In this document: positions 40,301-51,659 of the stretch, piece by piece
Numbering within the stretch: the first letter of the stretch is position 1
Layout of the letters: the number at the start of each line of letters is the position of its first letter
Origin: Tubiluchus corallicola
Lineage: Eukaryota; Animalia; Priapulida
Assembly (NCBI GenBank): GCA_030141605.1
Contig: JAQGDQ010001070.1
Location: 1,475 to 65,474, forward strand
Length of the DNA stretch: 64,000 bases
Reading direction: 5' to 3'
The notes under the pieces: generated by a model
What the model was told of the DNA's origin: nothing
The model's input: only the letters and a program-made list of their open reading frames with translations
Database searches by the model: none
Position numbers and translations under genes: made by a program

Positions 40301-42757
40301 TAGAAGGAGGAAGGCACTGAAAAATTTCTTGCTAACTGGGATTCGAACCTAGGACAAGCTGGCTTATCATAGTTTATTGTGTAGAATTTTATCATTGAGA
40401 TAATACCAGCTAATTTTTTTACAGTTTTCACTTTAAAGGAAAAGTCAATTCACCGTCATGTTGGGTTTATTTTATTATTACAGGGATAGGAATTTTCCGC
40501 GCATACGCGGAATTCCGGGTTTTTGGAATTTTTGTAAATCGCGTAAATTCGTTGAGAAAATTTTTACGGACCCAGTACATTATTTCACAAGCTGACCGCT
40601 AGTTGGCAGGCCGTCACTTTGTTTACATCACGTACATCAGTGTAGCCACGTGTATATCTCTATGTATAAAAATATAGGATCAATTGTGCGGAGTTATTTG
40701 AGTCAATTGCAGACAGTTTTTATTTACTTTTGCATAAGAGTGGCCAGTACTTAGGTGTTTTTGAGACAATTAGGTATCATGTATCCTTGATAATTGGGTA
40801 TTTTGAATTATGCATGAAACAAGGTAATTGATATTTTAAGTCCACTTAGAGGCTCTCTATGGTCACAAAATTGCAATTTGTTGCTGGCTGCAATGGGGCT
40901 TTGCCCCCTTAACCCCCACTCGGCCCCCAAACCCCCGGCCTATTTCAGAGCTTTTTGCAATTTGTCACTCTCATCCCAATTATTATGTCACTTAAACTTT
41001 GAAAAATATAATAACTGAATTTGGAAAAAATTCTATAAAGCATGAAGTTCATTTATGCTACCCGTCTATAGGAACTTTTAGGCACCTGGTAGCCTCTATT
41101 CTCTTGAAAGTTATGACACAATTGTTGGATTTCGTGGCTTTTTGATTTTTGAAAGTGCATCGTAGTCTTTGGTAAGCTTAAACTAATTCAAACTTCTGCA
41201 GCTTACCCCTGCAGCTTCTGCACGAAAATAGCTTTCGAATTTTTTGCAAAAACTTATTGTACATTAGGCAGAAATTGGCAGCGCGCTACTTTTCTTCAGA
41301 ACGAATGACATCATTGGTGGAAGAATGAGCATTCAAAATGGGAGCACCCAAGCGTGAAATTATTACGACTTTAAAGTGATTTTACTAGTTACACAATGAG
41401 CTTATCGCACTTTCATTACTAAATCCATCTAAAATTTTGTGCGAACATTAAAATAAGACTTAAGTTCCCAGAAGTCTTGATCTTTCCTTTAAATAAAATA
41501 CTTTTTTGGATAATAAAACAAAGTTATTTTGTGTTTTTAGAACTTTTATTGGTGAGCCGATCCCTTACGATCCCAGAGTTGCAGCTAATTACCTGGCTTT
41601 GCAGGTGAGTTAATTATCATCAATATAAACATAACTCCAGTCTAGCCTTGTTATCTCGCCCCTCGTTATGCCGCCAAACTCGTCTCTCGCCATAGAAAGT
41701 ACCAGGACGGATTTCCTGCTTTGATATTTACCTCGTTAAGTCGCCACCCTCGCTTCTCGCCCTCGCCACGTCATGCTAGGATGAGTGCTTATGTAAACTA
41801 TATTCGTTATGTCGCCAAACAGACAAACTCGGAGGTGAATCGATCAATACATATACCGCGTGTCGATCAATATAACAGCGGTATGTAGACAATGCTGCTG
41901 TACTCAATAGACAGACATAATTAATCTGATTTGATTAGGAGTGCTGTGGTTGGTTAATGCACAGAGAAACTAAAGCGTCACCGATATCCTTACTCTATAA
42001 CACCTAAATTTATTGCATTTAAGTGTATACTCGAAAAAGGTTTTTTAAATAAAAAAGTAACATTCTAAGATTATTTCTATGACATTTTTTCATTTCTGAT
42101 TTAATGTTGATTGGTATCATAATTCGAAATATATTTTATATGTACATAGAGGAACACTATGTTAATCAACTATTATGTATATACATATAGACTAACTTCG
42201 TTATATTCCTGTTATCTCGCCATACTCGCCTCTCGCCAAAAATTTGCCCTAGACGGACAGTGGCGAGATAACGAGGCTAGACTGTATTTTCCTAATGTGG
42301 AAGATGCATATAGGAGATCTTAGCTTTTATATCTGGCTAAGATTGTTGCTACTGAAATATTTTTATTAGGTATTGTTTTTTGTTATTATGTCAAGTAGTT
42401 GTGAGCATACTATAGCAAAATATACGCGTATTTCATTTATGAAATCAGAAAACTTAATCCGTTACCTTTCATTTTAGTGCTCGGGTGAAATGCATTTCTT
42501 TCATTATGTAGGCTAAAGCTGCAATAGAAGATCTCGTTGATTCTCACCAGAAGTTACCTGGCAGCATTGTTAGAGCATTGTTCGAGAGAATTTACTACAA
42601 ACCAAAATGCCATCAAAAACAATTGGTGCACACGGGCGATGCTGATGGTGCATACGGTGCCGCTGAGTCAGACAGTGCCACGTTGGTAGAGGGGACTACA
42701 CAAGTAACGACTACGCCTCTTTTGAGTCAAAGTGATGCTGACGACAAGGACAGGTGA
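31317..42757 (+). CDS. TMEM68: Transmembrane protein 68 (DIESL acyltransferase), 9 coding exons, about 370 aa
   Basis: Exons 31317-31516, 32703-32803, 34174-34341, 34845-34906, 36731-36862, 38317-38380, 39212-39287, 41541-41604 and 42512-42757 splice in frame. YHGAIPVD (HxxxxD), PGGVRESLFSDENY.LLWG.R.GFA, IPIFTMNVREAF, FPV, GEPIPYDP, HQKLPGSIVRALFER. Confidence 0.92.
31791..32056 (-). mobile_element. tRNA-derived SINE with Meta-like central domain, copy 1
   Basis: Minus strand has A box (tagtctagtgg), B box (gttcgaaacc), then gtcataccaaagactttaaaaatggtacctgctg and an (att)n tail; flanked by ctcatgatgatga duplication. Domain identity is from memory. Confidence 0.8.
32231..32456. repeat. 20-bp minisatellite, about 11 copies
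   Basis: caatttggtggaaaatatga. Confidence 0.9.
32835..33068. repeat. 24-bp minisatellite, about 9 copies
   Basis: gctttagaaatttacaaagtttgt. Confidence 0.9.
33584..33926. mobile_element. Solo LTR, copy 2
   Basis: TGTTG...CAACA with GTTAG 5-bp duplication; homologous to 2685-3054. Confidence 0.85.
35113..36484. repeat. 48-bp minisatellite, about 28 copies, with higher-order structure, in TMEM68 intron 4
   Basis: gtaagcttacttgccaaataaaagactcgtataataatatatgccatg. Confidence 0.95.
37374..38074. repeat. 37-bp minisatellite, about 19 copies, inside a dispersed element (about 37190-38200)
   Basis: tgtcaaaatggctgcacctaatgccaaaataacttaa; flanks match 59740-60040. Confidence 0.92.
38688..39075. mobile_element. 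Truncated copy of the hAT MITE at 43174-43568
   Basis: Shares aaaggcctaataacgatttttttgcatccga... and ends tttgcacacccctg. Confidence 0.75.
41638..42284. mobile_element. pogo-type MITE in TMEM68 intron 8
   Basis: cagtctagccttgttatctcgcc ... ggcgagataacgaggctagactg|TA. Confidence 0.85.
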
Positions 42758-43144
42758 TGCTTGATTTCTCTCTCACAGCTTCCTCTCCAAATCGTGGAAT
42801 GTCGTAACACCTGAACTGCACAGTGATTTTACCTGCACAGGAGTGTTGTGAATGCGTCTTGGTGTGACATGGCTTCTTCCATCTAAACATGATAATTGTG
42901 ATTTGACAACACAGAATTTTAACTGAGTTTGTTACTTTATAGTTCAAAATACATTTCACTTCACTTCATAAATCTACCTTGTCGCGAAGTTAAATGGATT
43001 CATTAAGTCGCGTGATTTACAAACCGAAGAAACCCATTAAGTAACGTTTTCTATGGTAATACAGTGTTTGTTGTTTATTTATGAAGCCAACTCTCTTAAC
43101 ACTTGGTAAACTGCTTACGAAAAGGTTTTGACTAAAGTGCAATA

Positions 43145-44297
43145 CAGTAAGTGCTCGCTTAATGACGCTAATGCAGGGGTGTGCAAATTATCTGACAAGC
43201 CGGGCCACATTAAACTTTCCCGCAATTCCTGTGGGTCACATGCAGTTTGGTCAAGGAGCCAAGTACAGAAAGGCCTAATAACGATTTTTTTTTGCATCCG
43301 ATTTGCGCACATCATTACTACTGCACTACTACACTCAAGAAACTATTTTAGAAGTTATTAAAATTTATATTAAAAACAATCTATTTCCTCATGTCCGACA
43401 GTGACATTAAGTGACAACGGTCTTGTAAGGGTTAATGCCATGTGATCTAGAGTAAAAAACTACCTGCACTATCTTTGCGATATTGGCACAGACTTCAGCT
43501 GGATCGCGTGGGCCGCACTTTCATTACGTTGACAAACCTCTTCGTGGGCCGCAGTTTGCACTCACCTGCGCTAATGCATTCCAGCAAAACGACACATTAA
43601 GCGAAACGTCGTTAAACGAAACCAAAACTTCTATAGAAAACAGCGTGAAAGAATTGGGATGCCTTCCAGAGTCAAAAATTATTCCTGTTTAGAGCACGCA
43701 AATTAAACGTTTTATGAGTTTTATTCATATTTCTACGCATTAATTTCCTTCTGTTTGCTTGAAACCACATGGCTTTCTTACCAATAGCTACTAGCTAGAC
43801 TTGCTAGCGGGATTTATCACGCGTAATGTTGAAGCTTACATATATGCAATTAGCAGTTAAACACTGTGTTTTGAAAGCCCTGGAGCATACTTGTGAAAAT
43901 TTCACTAATACTATAGTCTGGTTGCCATAGCAATGGGTTGCAGACAAAATTCCTTTTTAGAAAGTTTGGCAAGCTTATGAACCGCAAACCGACGTCGCTT
44001 GATACAACCGGCTGGTGTTTAGTAGTACGTGCTCGGTGGGGAAGCAAGAAACGTACAATAATTGTACTGTTTTACATTAGCGGGTACGTTTCTAGAACAG
44101 AATAATACATTATGCGCTGTTTTAATGCTTCAAATTAGATAAAATTTTCGTAGATAAAATGAAAAGTTGGCTTTCTGCCAAGTAAAAAAATTGTCGTTAA
44201 AATGAAACGTGCATCGTTAAGTGAGAAGGTGTCAAACGTTCAGCGCCATTAAAATAAAACGTCGTTAAACAGGGAGTCATTAAGCGAGGACTTACTG
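43145..44297. mobile_element. pogo-type non-autonomous element
   Basis: TA|cagtaagtgctcgcttaatgac ... gtcattaagcgaggacttactg|TA. Confidence 0.85.
43174..43568. mobile_element. hAT (Charlie-like) MITE nested in the pogo-type element
   Basis: caggggtgtgcaaa ... tttgcactcacctg with perfect 8-bp TSD cgctaatg. Confidence 0.88.
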
Positions 44298-44513
44298 TAA
44301 TTCATTAACATTCGTATGATTGAATGACTCACGCAAAATATATTTGATGCTATTACCGTTCATATACCATAAACAGTTTGCCAAGTTAAGAAAATGCAAT
44401 TCACTTAACTTTAATATTCAGCAGCCATTATTGTTTAACCTGATCAAATCTCCCGTCTTGTGCTTGACAGATGCTTCTGCTTTGCAAAGTGTAAATTAGA
44501 ATTATTGAGAACT

Positions 44514-44722
44514 AGTGACTCAGTACGTTGGGTTTATTTTACTTTCATCACTTAAACTGTTTGTAGTGTGCTAAAGGAAAGAACAAGTGACTCAGTACGT
44601 TGGGTTTATCTTACTTTCATCACTTAAACTGTTTGTGGTGTGCTAAAGGAAAGAACAAGTGACTTAGTACGTTGGATTTATTTTACTTTGATCATTTAAA
44701 CTGTTTATGGTGTGCTAAAGAC
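44514..44722. repeat. 72-bp tandem repeat, 3 copies
   Basis: agtgactcagtacgttgggtttat... at 44514, 44586 and 44658. Confidence 0.9.
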
Positions 44723-44888
44723 AATGAATTACGTGGAAAAAACGCAAAGGTGTGAAAACGTAGTTGGAACAAACAAGCTGATGCAGTTCAAGTTAAAGAC
44801 CACATGGTCTTATGCGGCAACATTGTTGTTTAGTAGCGAGCAATGTGGATTTACGAAGTGAAGTTTGAATGTAATGAACGACAGATTT

Positions 44889-45163
44889 TAATAATAAAAT
44901 AATAATAATCTTTATTTAAAGTCGGCTTTTGGGTCAACAATTAACATTAGCTCAAAGAGCTATTATCGCCGACTGTAAATAACAATCTACAACTGCATAA
45001 CAGAGACTATTATTACCCCACTTTTACCCTATATACCACACGTCAGGCAGGGTAACACCAGGTACCATTTTTAAAGTCATTGGTATGACCCGGCCACTGA
45101 TTCGAACTCACGACCTCTCAGACAGAAAGCAGACGCATTACCACTAGACTAAACCGTCTGGTC
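44889..45163 (-). mobile_element. tRNA-derived SINE, copy 2
   Basis: Closely matches 31791-32056 along its length. Confidence 0.8.
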
Positions 45164-45934
45164 TAATATATATTACTTGATCATAGCATTGTACAGCATG
45201 GTGGCCACGATAAGCCGTTGCATTTATTATTCATGGATTTATTAAGCGAATGTTTGTCAATAACGGCACAGTGTCACATGGCTTCTGTCACCTGTGTTGT
45301 GACTAGTCACTAAATTAACCTGCATGGTGTGATGATACTATTTGTCTTGTTAATAACGTCAACAATTTTGTTTCCCGTAAGTGGAGAATTTCTGTTATAT
45401 AACAGATTTTTACAACAAGAAGTCATTTTGTAAAATGGTGTCGTGTTTCTCAATTTCTCTTCATTATATGTGTGCTTGCACAGCAAAAACATTCGGACAT
45501 CGGCATCTAAGCTTCTCTCGCTATGCACACATTTTTAATCCCCATTTAGTGAGGATCATTTTTGATACCAAACTCATCGCTGTATGTCATTTCTAAGCTG
45601 AAATAATCCTCGTTGAGGCTGAGGCTCATGCTACAGAAAAAACCACAAACAAAATGGTGGCTTCCGCGAGCTACAATCGGTGTTTGAAAATACAAGTTTT
45701 TCACAATTGCAGTACTAGTTTTTTGGCAGAACGGCAGGTAAGGGGTTGTAAAATTAAATATTTTGCATTTTTAGAACAGTTTCTAGGCAATTTGATGCGA
45801 GAATATAAAAGCATAATATATTTAGCATCTATATTTGTAAAAAACAAAAAATTCGATGTGATTTTTGACTCTTTTGAAGCGTCACAGTGTAGCTTTAACT
45901 GTACCGACTTGTGGACAGTTATGGTTTGCAAGCA

Positions 45935-46329
45935 CACATATAGATGTTTGATTGAGAACATATGGTTTGATTAAAAACATATAGATGTTTGATTCAGAAC
46001 ATGTGGTTTGATTTAGAACATATAGATGTTTGATTCAGAACATATGGTTTGATTAAGAACATATAGATGTTTGATTCAGAACATATGGTTTGATTAAGAA
46101 CATATAGATGTTTGATTCAGAACATATGGTTTGCAAGCACACATATAGATGTTTGATTCAGAACATGGTTTGATTAAGAACATATAGATGTTTGATTCAG
46201 AACATATGGTTTGATTAAGAACATATAGATGTTTGATTCAGAACATGTGGTTTGATTTAGAACATATAGATGTTAGATTCAGAACATATGGTTTGATTAA
46301 GAACATATAGATGTTTGATTCAGAACATG
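45935..46329. repeat. 41-bp minisatellite built from two related ~20-bp subunits
   Basis: aacatatagatgtttgattcag-aacatatggtttgattaag. Confidence 0.9.
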
Positions 46330-46741
46330 ATAGCAATTCAGTGTTTATATTTTCATTTAGTGTCAGAAACTGATTGTGATCAAAGCCTCTATTATAGTTA
46401 AATTGTCTGTATTTCTCCCCTGTCCAATCTCTTGCTGATTAGATATTGTAAAAGTAGTTCCGTATAAAAAATGTTTAGAATAACATATTAGCAAGTACAT
46501 CTGCATAGATTCTGTCGTCCCAATAGTTTGACTGCCGCTGAATGTCATGTTTTGCACATTTCTTGCATTTTTTGCCCCCTCAACTAATGAATTTAATGGG
46601 ACAGAATTTTTACTGTAGCTAGTTGCATTTACTACATTGTGCACAGCCACTTTTTAATACTAGTTTACCCAACACTGGTTTGTAGAGAAGTATTTTTTCG
46701 GTTTTGATCATGTACTCAAATTCTAGCTGGTACAATTAGCA

Positions 46742-47387
46742 CAGTCATTTGCAAAAGTTTAAGACCAAGCCCGAGTTTTCGGGATTTTCATCGTACTGTA
46801 CCCCGATTACATCTGATTCTTTGTTGATTGCATCATACTGCTACTGGTTTGAAACAGCACGTCTAGTGAGTATGAGTGACTCATTTGCCTGCCGCTATCC
46901 ATACAGATCGGCCGTTTTTGTATTTTTCTTGTGATCCAAAAAAGTGGACAAAAAATCGTCATTCTGTGAGACTCAGAGGGTTCAAATCGTGACTTTACAT
47001 CAAGAAGGATATACTGAAAGGGCGATAAGTGCTAGATTACGGTTTTCCAACACAGCCGTGCACCAAGCAATCGTCAGATTCGAGACTGATGGCAATTACA
47101 GCGAAGGGAAACGGTCTGGACATCCGCGGAAGACTACCCAAAGAGACGACTACATCATGAGACGCATGGTGGTACGCTCGCCTCTTGATTGACAACTTCG
47201 GCGGCCATACAAAGTACTAAAATGTTCAAGGACTGTGACTATTTTTGGATAAAAACATACAAACTATGCTGTAGTATATTTTCCTAGAAGAATAAATGAA
47301 TAGTTTTTAGATGAAACCGTGTTAAACGATGGTTTTGTCAATTTCCATGAAAAAATCAGTTTGGTCTTAAACTTTTGCAATTGATTG
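46742..47387 (+). mobile_element. Internally deleted Tc1-like transposon retaining the N-terminal transposase HTH region (46944-47192)
   Basis: TIRs cagtcatttgcaaaagtttaagaccaa / ttggtcttaaacttttgcaattgattg; peptide R.QIVTLHQEG...AIS.RL..S.TAV..AI.RF.T.G...KRSGHPRKTT..DD..R typical of Tc1; start codon is GTG. Confidence 0.9.
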
Positions 47388-48295
47388 TAGCTATCCGTTA
47401 ATTAAAGTACAGTGGAAGTGCGTTTTTTGTTTTGTCGTGATCATGCACGGAATGAAATTTTTTGTTCCCCATCTTTATTTAGTCAAACACTTGGCGACTT
47501 TCTTTTATAAAAAATATGCTTATGAGAAAGTTTATTTACAGTCCTCCAAAAATTTGTGCAAATTTTGGTTGTAGTTAACTGTGAATGAAATAATTAAGTT
47601 ACTATAATTAGTTCTAAGGAAGATATTAATTTTTTTCCGCGAAACTTAATGCTATGGTGATGTTTATTGTTAGGCGTCCTGTTTATTAGAGTACTTATTA
47701 GAGTTGAAGTAATGATCTTCAACACAGAGAGATGTGTTTATGACAGCCATCTTACCTAACCTAATCTGACCATAGTAAATTAAAAAACACAATAGGTGGC
47801 AGCACCTACTTAGTCAAAACATTAATTTGCATGGTAATGCTTATTACGGCTTTACACTGTTGCTTTTCAGAAACCGGGACGGGGTGAAAAGAGGCACGAT
47901 TTCCACAAAGAGAAACGGGAACGTCTTAATAATTAAGAAGGAAGACTGACTTTAGAGTAGTAATATTCATCAGCATCCTATTTTTTGCAAATTATAATTA
48001 TGAAGTATTATGTTTTGGAGGAATATTCTATGCATTACTAAGGCACCTCTTTCATTGTTGTGCTTGTGATATTAATGATTGTTTTTTGTTGTTGTTGCAA
48101 AGCGTGTAAACAAGTATAAAATTATTTATAAACTTTTGTGGTTTAATGTGAGATATTATAGATACGTTATAATGATATTATTTATAATGTAAAACTATAT
48201 ACATAGTTTCATTTATGAATTAAAGTTATTTTGTTGCAATGATTTTTGTAAAAAAAATTATGTACGGTAAATAAAGAGAGACAAAATTCTCAAGG

Positions 48296-48500
48296 GAAAA
48301 CAAGCTAGCACGTGATTGATTGAAAACAAGCTAGTACGTGATTGGTTGAAAAAAGCTAGTACGTGATTGGCTGAAAGAAAAAGCTAATACGTGATTGGTT
48401 GAAAACAAGCTAGTACGTGATTGGTTGAAAACAAGCTAGTACGTGATTAGTTGAAAACAAGCTAATACGTGATTGGTTGAAAACAAGCTAATACGTAATT
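48296..48500. repeat. 26-bp minisatellite, about 8 copies
   Basis: aaaacaagctagtacgtgattggttg. Confidence 0.9.
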
Positions 48501-48842
48501 GTTTTGGCACATACGTCATTTATAAATCAAACTTATTTCTTAGTTCAACTCTTTGTCAAGTTAATATTTCAAGCAGTGCTGGAGAAATCTGTTTCACGAG
48601 AGATTGTTAAGTCTATTTGCTACGTTTATTTCCATTCTTAGTGTTGCTCTTGTATATCACGTCAATGTAGTAATATCGTAATTCAATTCAACTCAATTTA
48701 TTGCGCAAGTATTCAGTTGGCATTACATATATTAGCAAGTATAAGATATAAAGAAAAGTAAATATACGTAAAACTACAGATTACAGCTACATTATAAAGA
48801 ACATTACAATTACATAATATTTACAGGGCCGGCCTTAAGCAT

Positions 48843-49104
<262 letters not shown>

Positions 49105-49766
49105 GCTGTCCCATGATAACTGAAAGTGGTATTAGATATTATAGAGCTTTACAAGTGACTAATATTAACACGAGACCCGCTAATTCGTTGAGAATTTTAC
49201 ATTGAAAATAGGCATATGCAATTTTTCGTTTCACATACATCCCACTGTATAATGATTTTTTAGCTTTGTATTAAAAAAATCCAAGGTTTCCGGCATTGGC
49301 AGTCGTTGTCAGGGCATAGTGAATGAAACCCGGAACTACGAGTATCTATCAAACAATAGTCACAGAGGAAAGAAGTAAATGCTGTTTCTTCCTCACTTTT
49401 TGTCACATAATGATTGTTACATAATGAGACAAAATTTTTTACATAATGATTGTAAAAGAATGATGTGAAGTTTGATACAAAAGGACAAATTTTGTGATTT
49501 TTTTTATTCTTAATGGTTTCCTGCCCGTCAGTGGATTTACGTAGACACATTTTTCATAATTCTGACTTTCAATAAAGTTTCTATGCATTCACGTTAAAAG
49601 CTATTTTCTAAAATTGCATAAAAATGTCTAAAACTACAAAAATAAAACTCATCGCTAAATTCGGTCTATCCGCCTCTATTGTACGGGCTAAACTCGTGGT
49701 TGTTTCATTACAGTAAATTTCAAAAGTTTCTAAAACACGTCCGGTTGATCGCTTGACCACGTTGTT

Positions 49767-49955
49767 GTTATTCACAGATTAAACGGTGAATAACCCCGAC
49801 GATAAAAATAATTAGGAAGTCGTAATGGTAGTTATTCACAGATTAAACAGTGATACACCCCAACGATAAAAATAATTAAGAAGTCACAATTGTAATTATT
49901 TACAGATTAAACAGTGAATAACCCTAGCGATAAAACTGATTATAAACTCACAATG
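49767..49955. repeat. 64-bp degenerate tandem repeat, 3 copies
   Basis: ttattcacagattaaac at 49768, 49832 and 49896. Confidence 0.8.
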
Positions 49956-50194
49956 ACAGCTCGGAGCCATTCACATGCAAAGAGTTCTTTATCTCTCTCA
50001 TATTTTATGCTTGTTAGACTAAGTCTATTATACTAGTTTATATGTTGAGAACATATTGATTTTTTATACGATTGTACCAGTACGTACACAAAATCGTGAC
50101 CACTAGGTCGTGTTTATTCGCCGTCAGTGTTTCCTTCCCATACTTGCTGTTTTGCAGTTTTTTCTACTTCCTGAAGTGTTAACATTATTGAAAA

Positions 50195-51621
50195 ATGATG
50201 TCCAGTAAATGGGTAAATATATATACTTAAATATACAGCAATATTGATAACTTCATTCTACTAGTATTAATTTAGTTTTAGTTTACTTTTTTCGTATCTA
50301 TTAGTACATAAAAAGGCATTTATAGGACACACTGAACAAAGCTACTTAATGTGTCTATAGAATTTAAGTAAGTTTATTAGTTTATCACCATTTTTAAAAT
50401 AGCAAAATACATAACTAAGAGATTTATAAATCTATACAACATACAACAATATTACAAAGTGCAAAAGTAATTATTGATTAGTGGTGAAAGGGTGGCGAAA
50501 GAACTATAAGTTATCGAGGTCAGCCACCCTCTCAGGATTGTTACTAATATAATTAATTAGTTAATGCGCATGTACCAGGTAATTAAAAATTATCAGATTT
50601 TGCATTTAAGACGAATGAAAATTGAATTATTATACGAATGTGTTAGTTTATAATAAAATAATGTTCAATAATGGGAAAGAAGAGACACACGTGACTATCT
50701 TAAAATAATAATTTTGCCATTGCGTATTTAAAATTAATATTATGAGGACCTAGAGCCAAAGGAAGAAAAAACAATTAATTTCCCGCTTGTAGCTAGCAAA
50801 AGTGGATAAACATGTATGTTTAGTTATGAAAAAAAGAGTTGAAAGAAAAGTATCTTAAAATTCTTTAGGATTAGCGTTCATTATTGCATAATATTAAAGT
50901 CTAAAGATATACAAAAGGTGTACCTTACCTCCATAACATACATTTAAGCTGCAATGCTTACTGAAGAATTTGTATAGCGTGACATAAATATATATTTATA
51001 TATATATAGCTTACATAAAGCTTAAAAAAGTCTTTCAAGCAGGTAAACGAAATGCTGAGTAATATAACTTTGCATGGAAACTTTTTGGGACATAGTTTAG
51101 CATTTCCTTTTCTTCCCCTGATTTACGTTGTGCGTATATGACGTCTTGTAATGGCGCGGCCGGAAGAGGATTGCGGGAGATTTAAATTGAAAACAAACAA
51201 AAAATACTTTTAATGCGAATACGAAATATGCCTAAAATTGCTATAAACTAATGTAATTTTTTAAGGTACTTTTTCTGAAATCTACTTCAGCCACCCCTTT
51301 TCTTGTCCTTTAACGTTACATTTCTATCGTTATTTCGTTTTAGTTTGAGCCAATTGTTAGCGGAACTGCAATATTTTTTTGCTTAGTTTCAATACTTTGT
51401 ACAGACGCGCACTCTTACCACAGACAGAACATACATTCGAAACGTAAGTATAACTTTGTGCAATTGTTGACAATGAAAGTGTATTACCGTAACGAAAAAA
51501 ACATAAATCGAATTTCGGTATGTGTGTTAGGAACCAGGTGTGAAAGAGAAAATTCTTTATCATCATCTTCATCATCACCATCAGTATCATCATCATTGTC
51601 ATCACCGTCATCATCATCAAG

Positions 51622-51659
<38 letters not shown>

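Noticed and set aside
47871-47936. Exon-like segment ttttcag|KPGRGEKRHDFHKEKRERLNN*
   Set aside because: No upstream exons or recognisable homology could be linked
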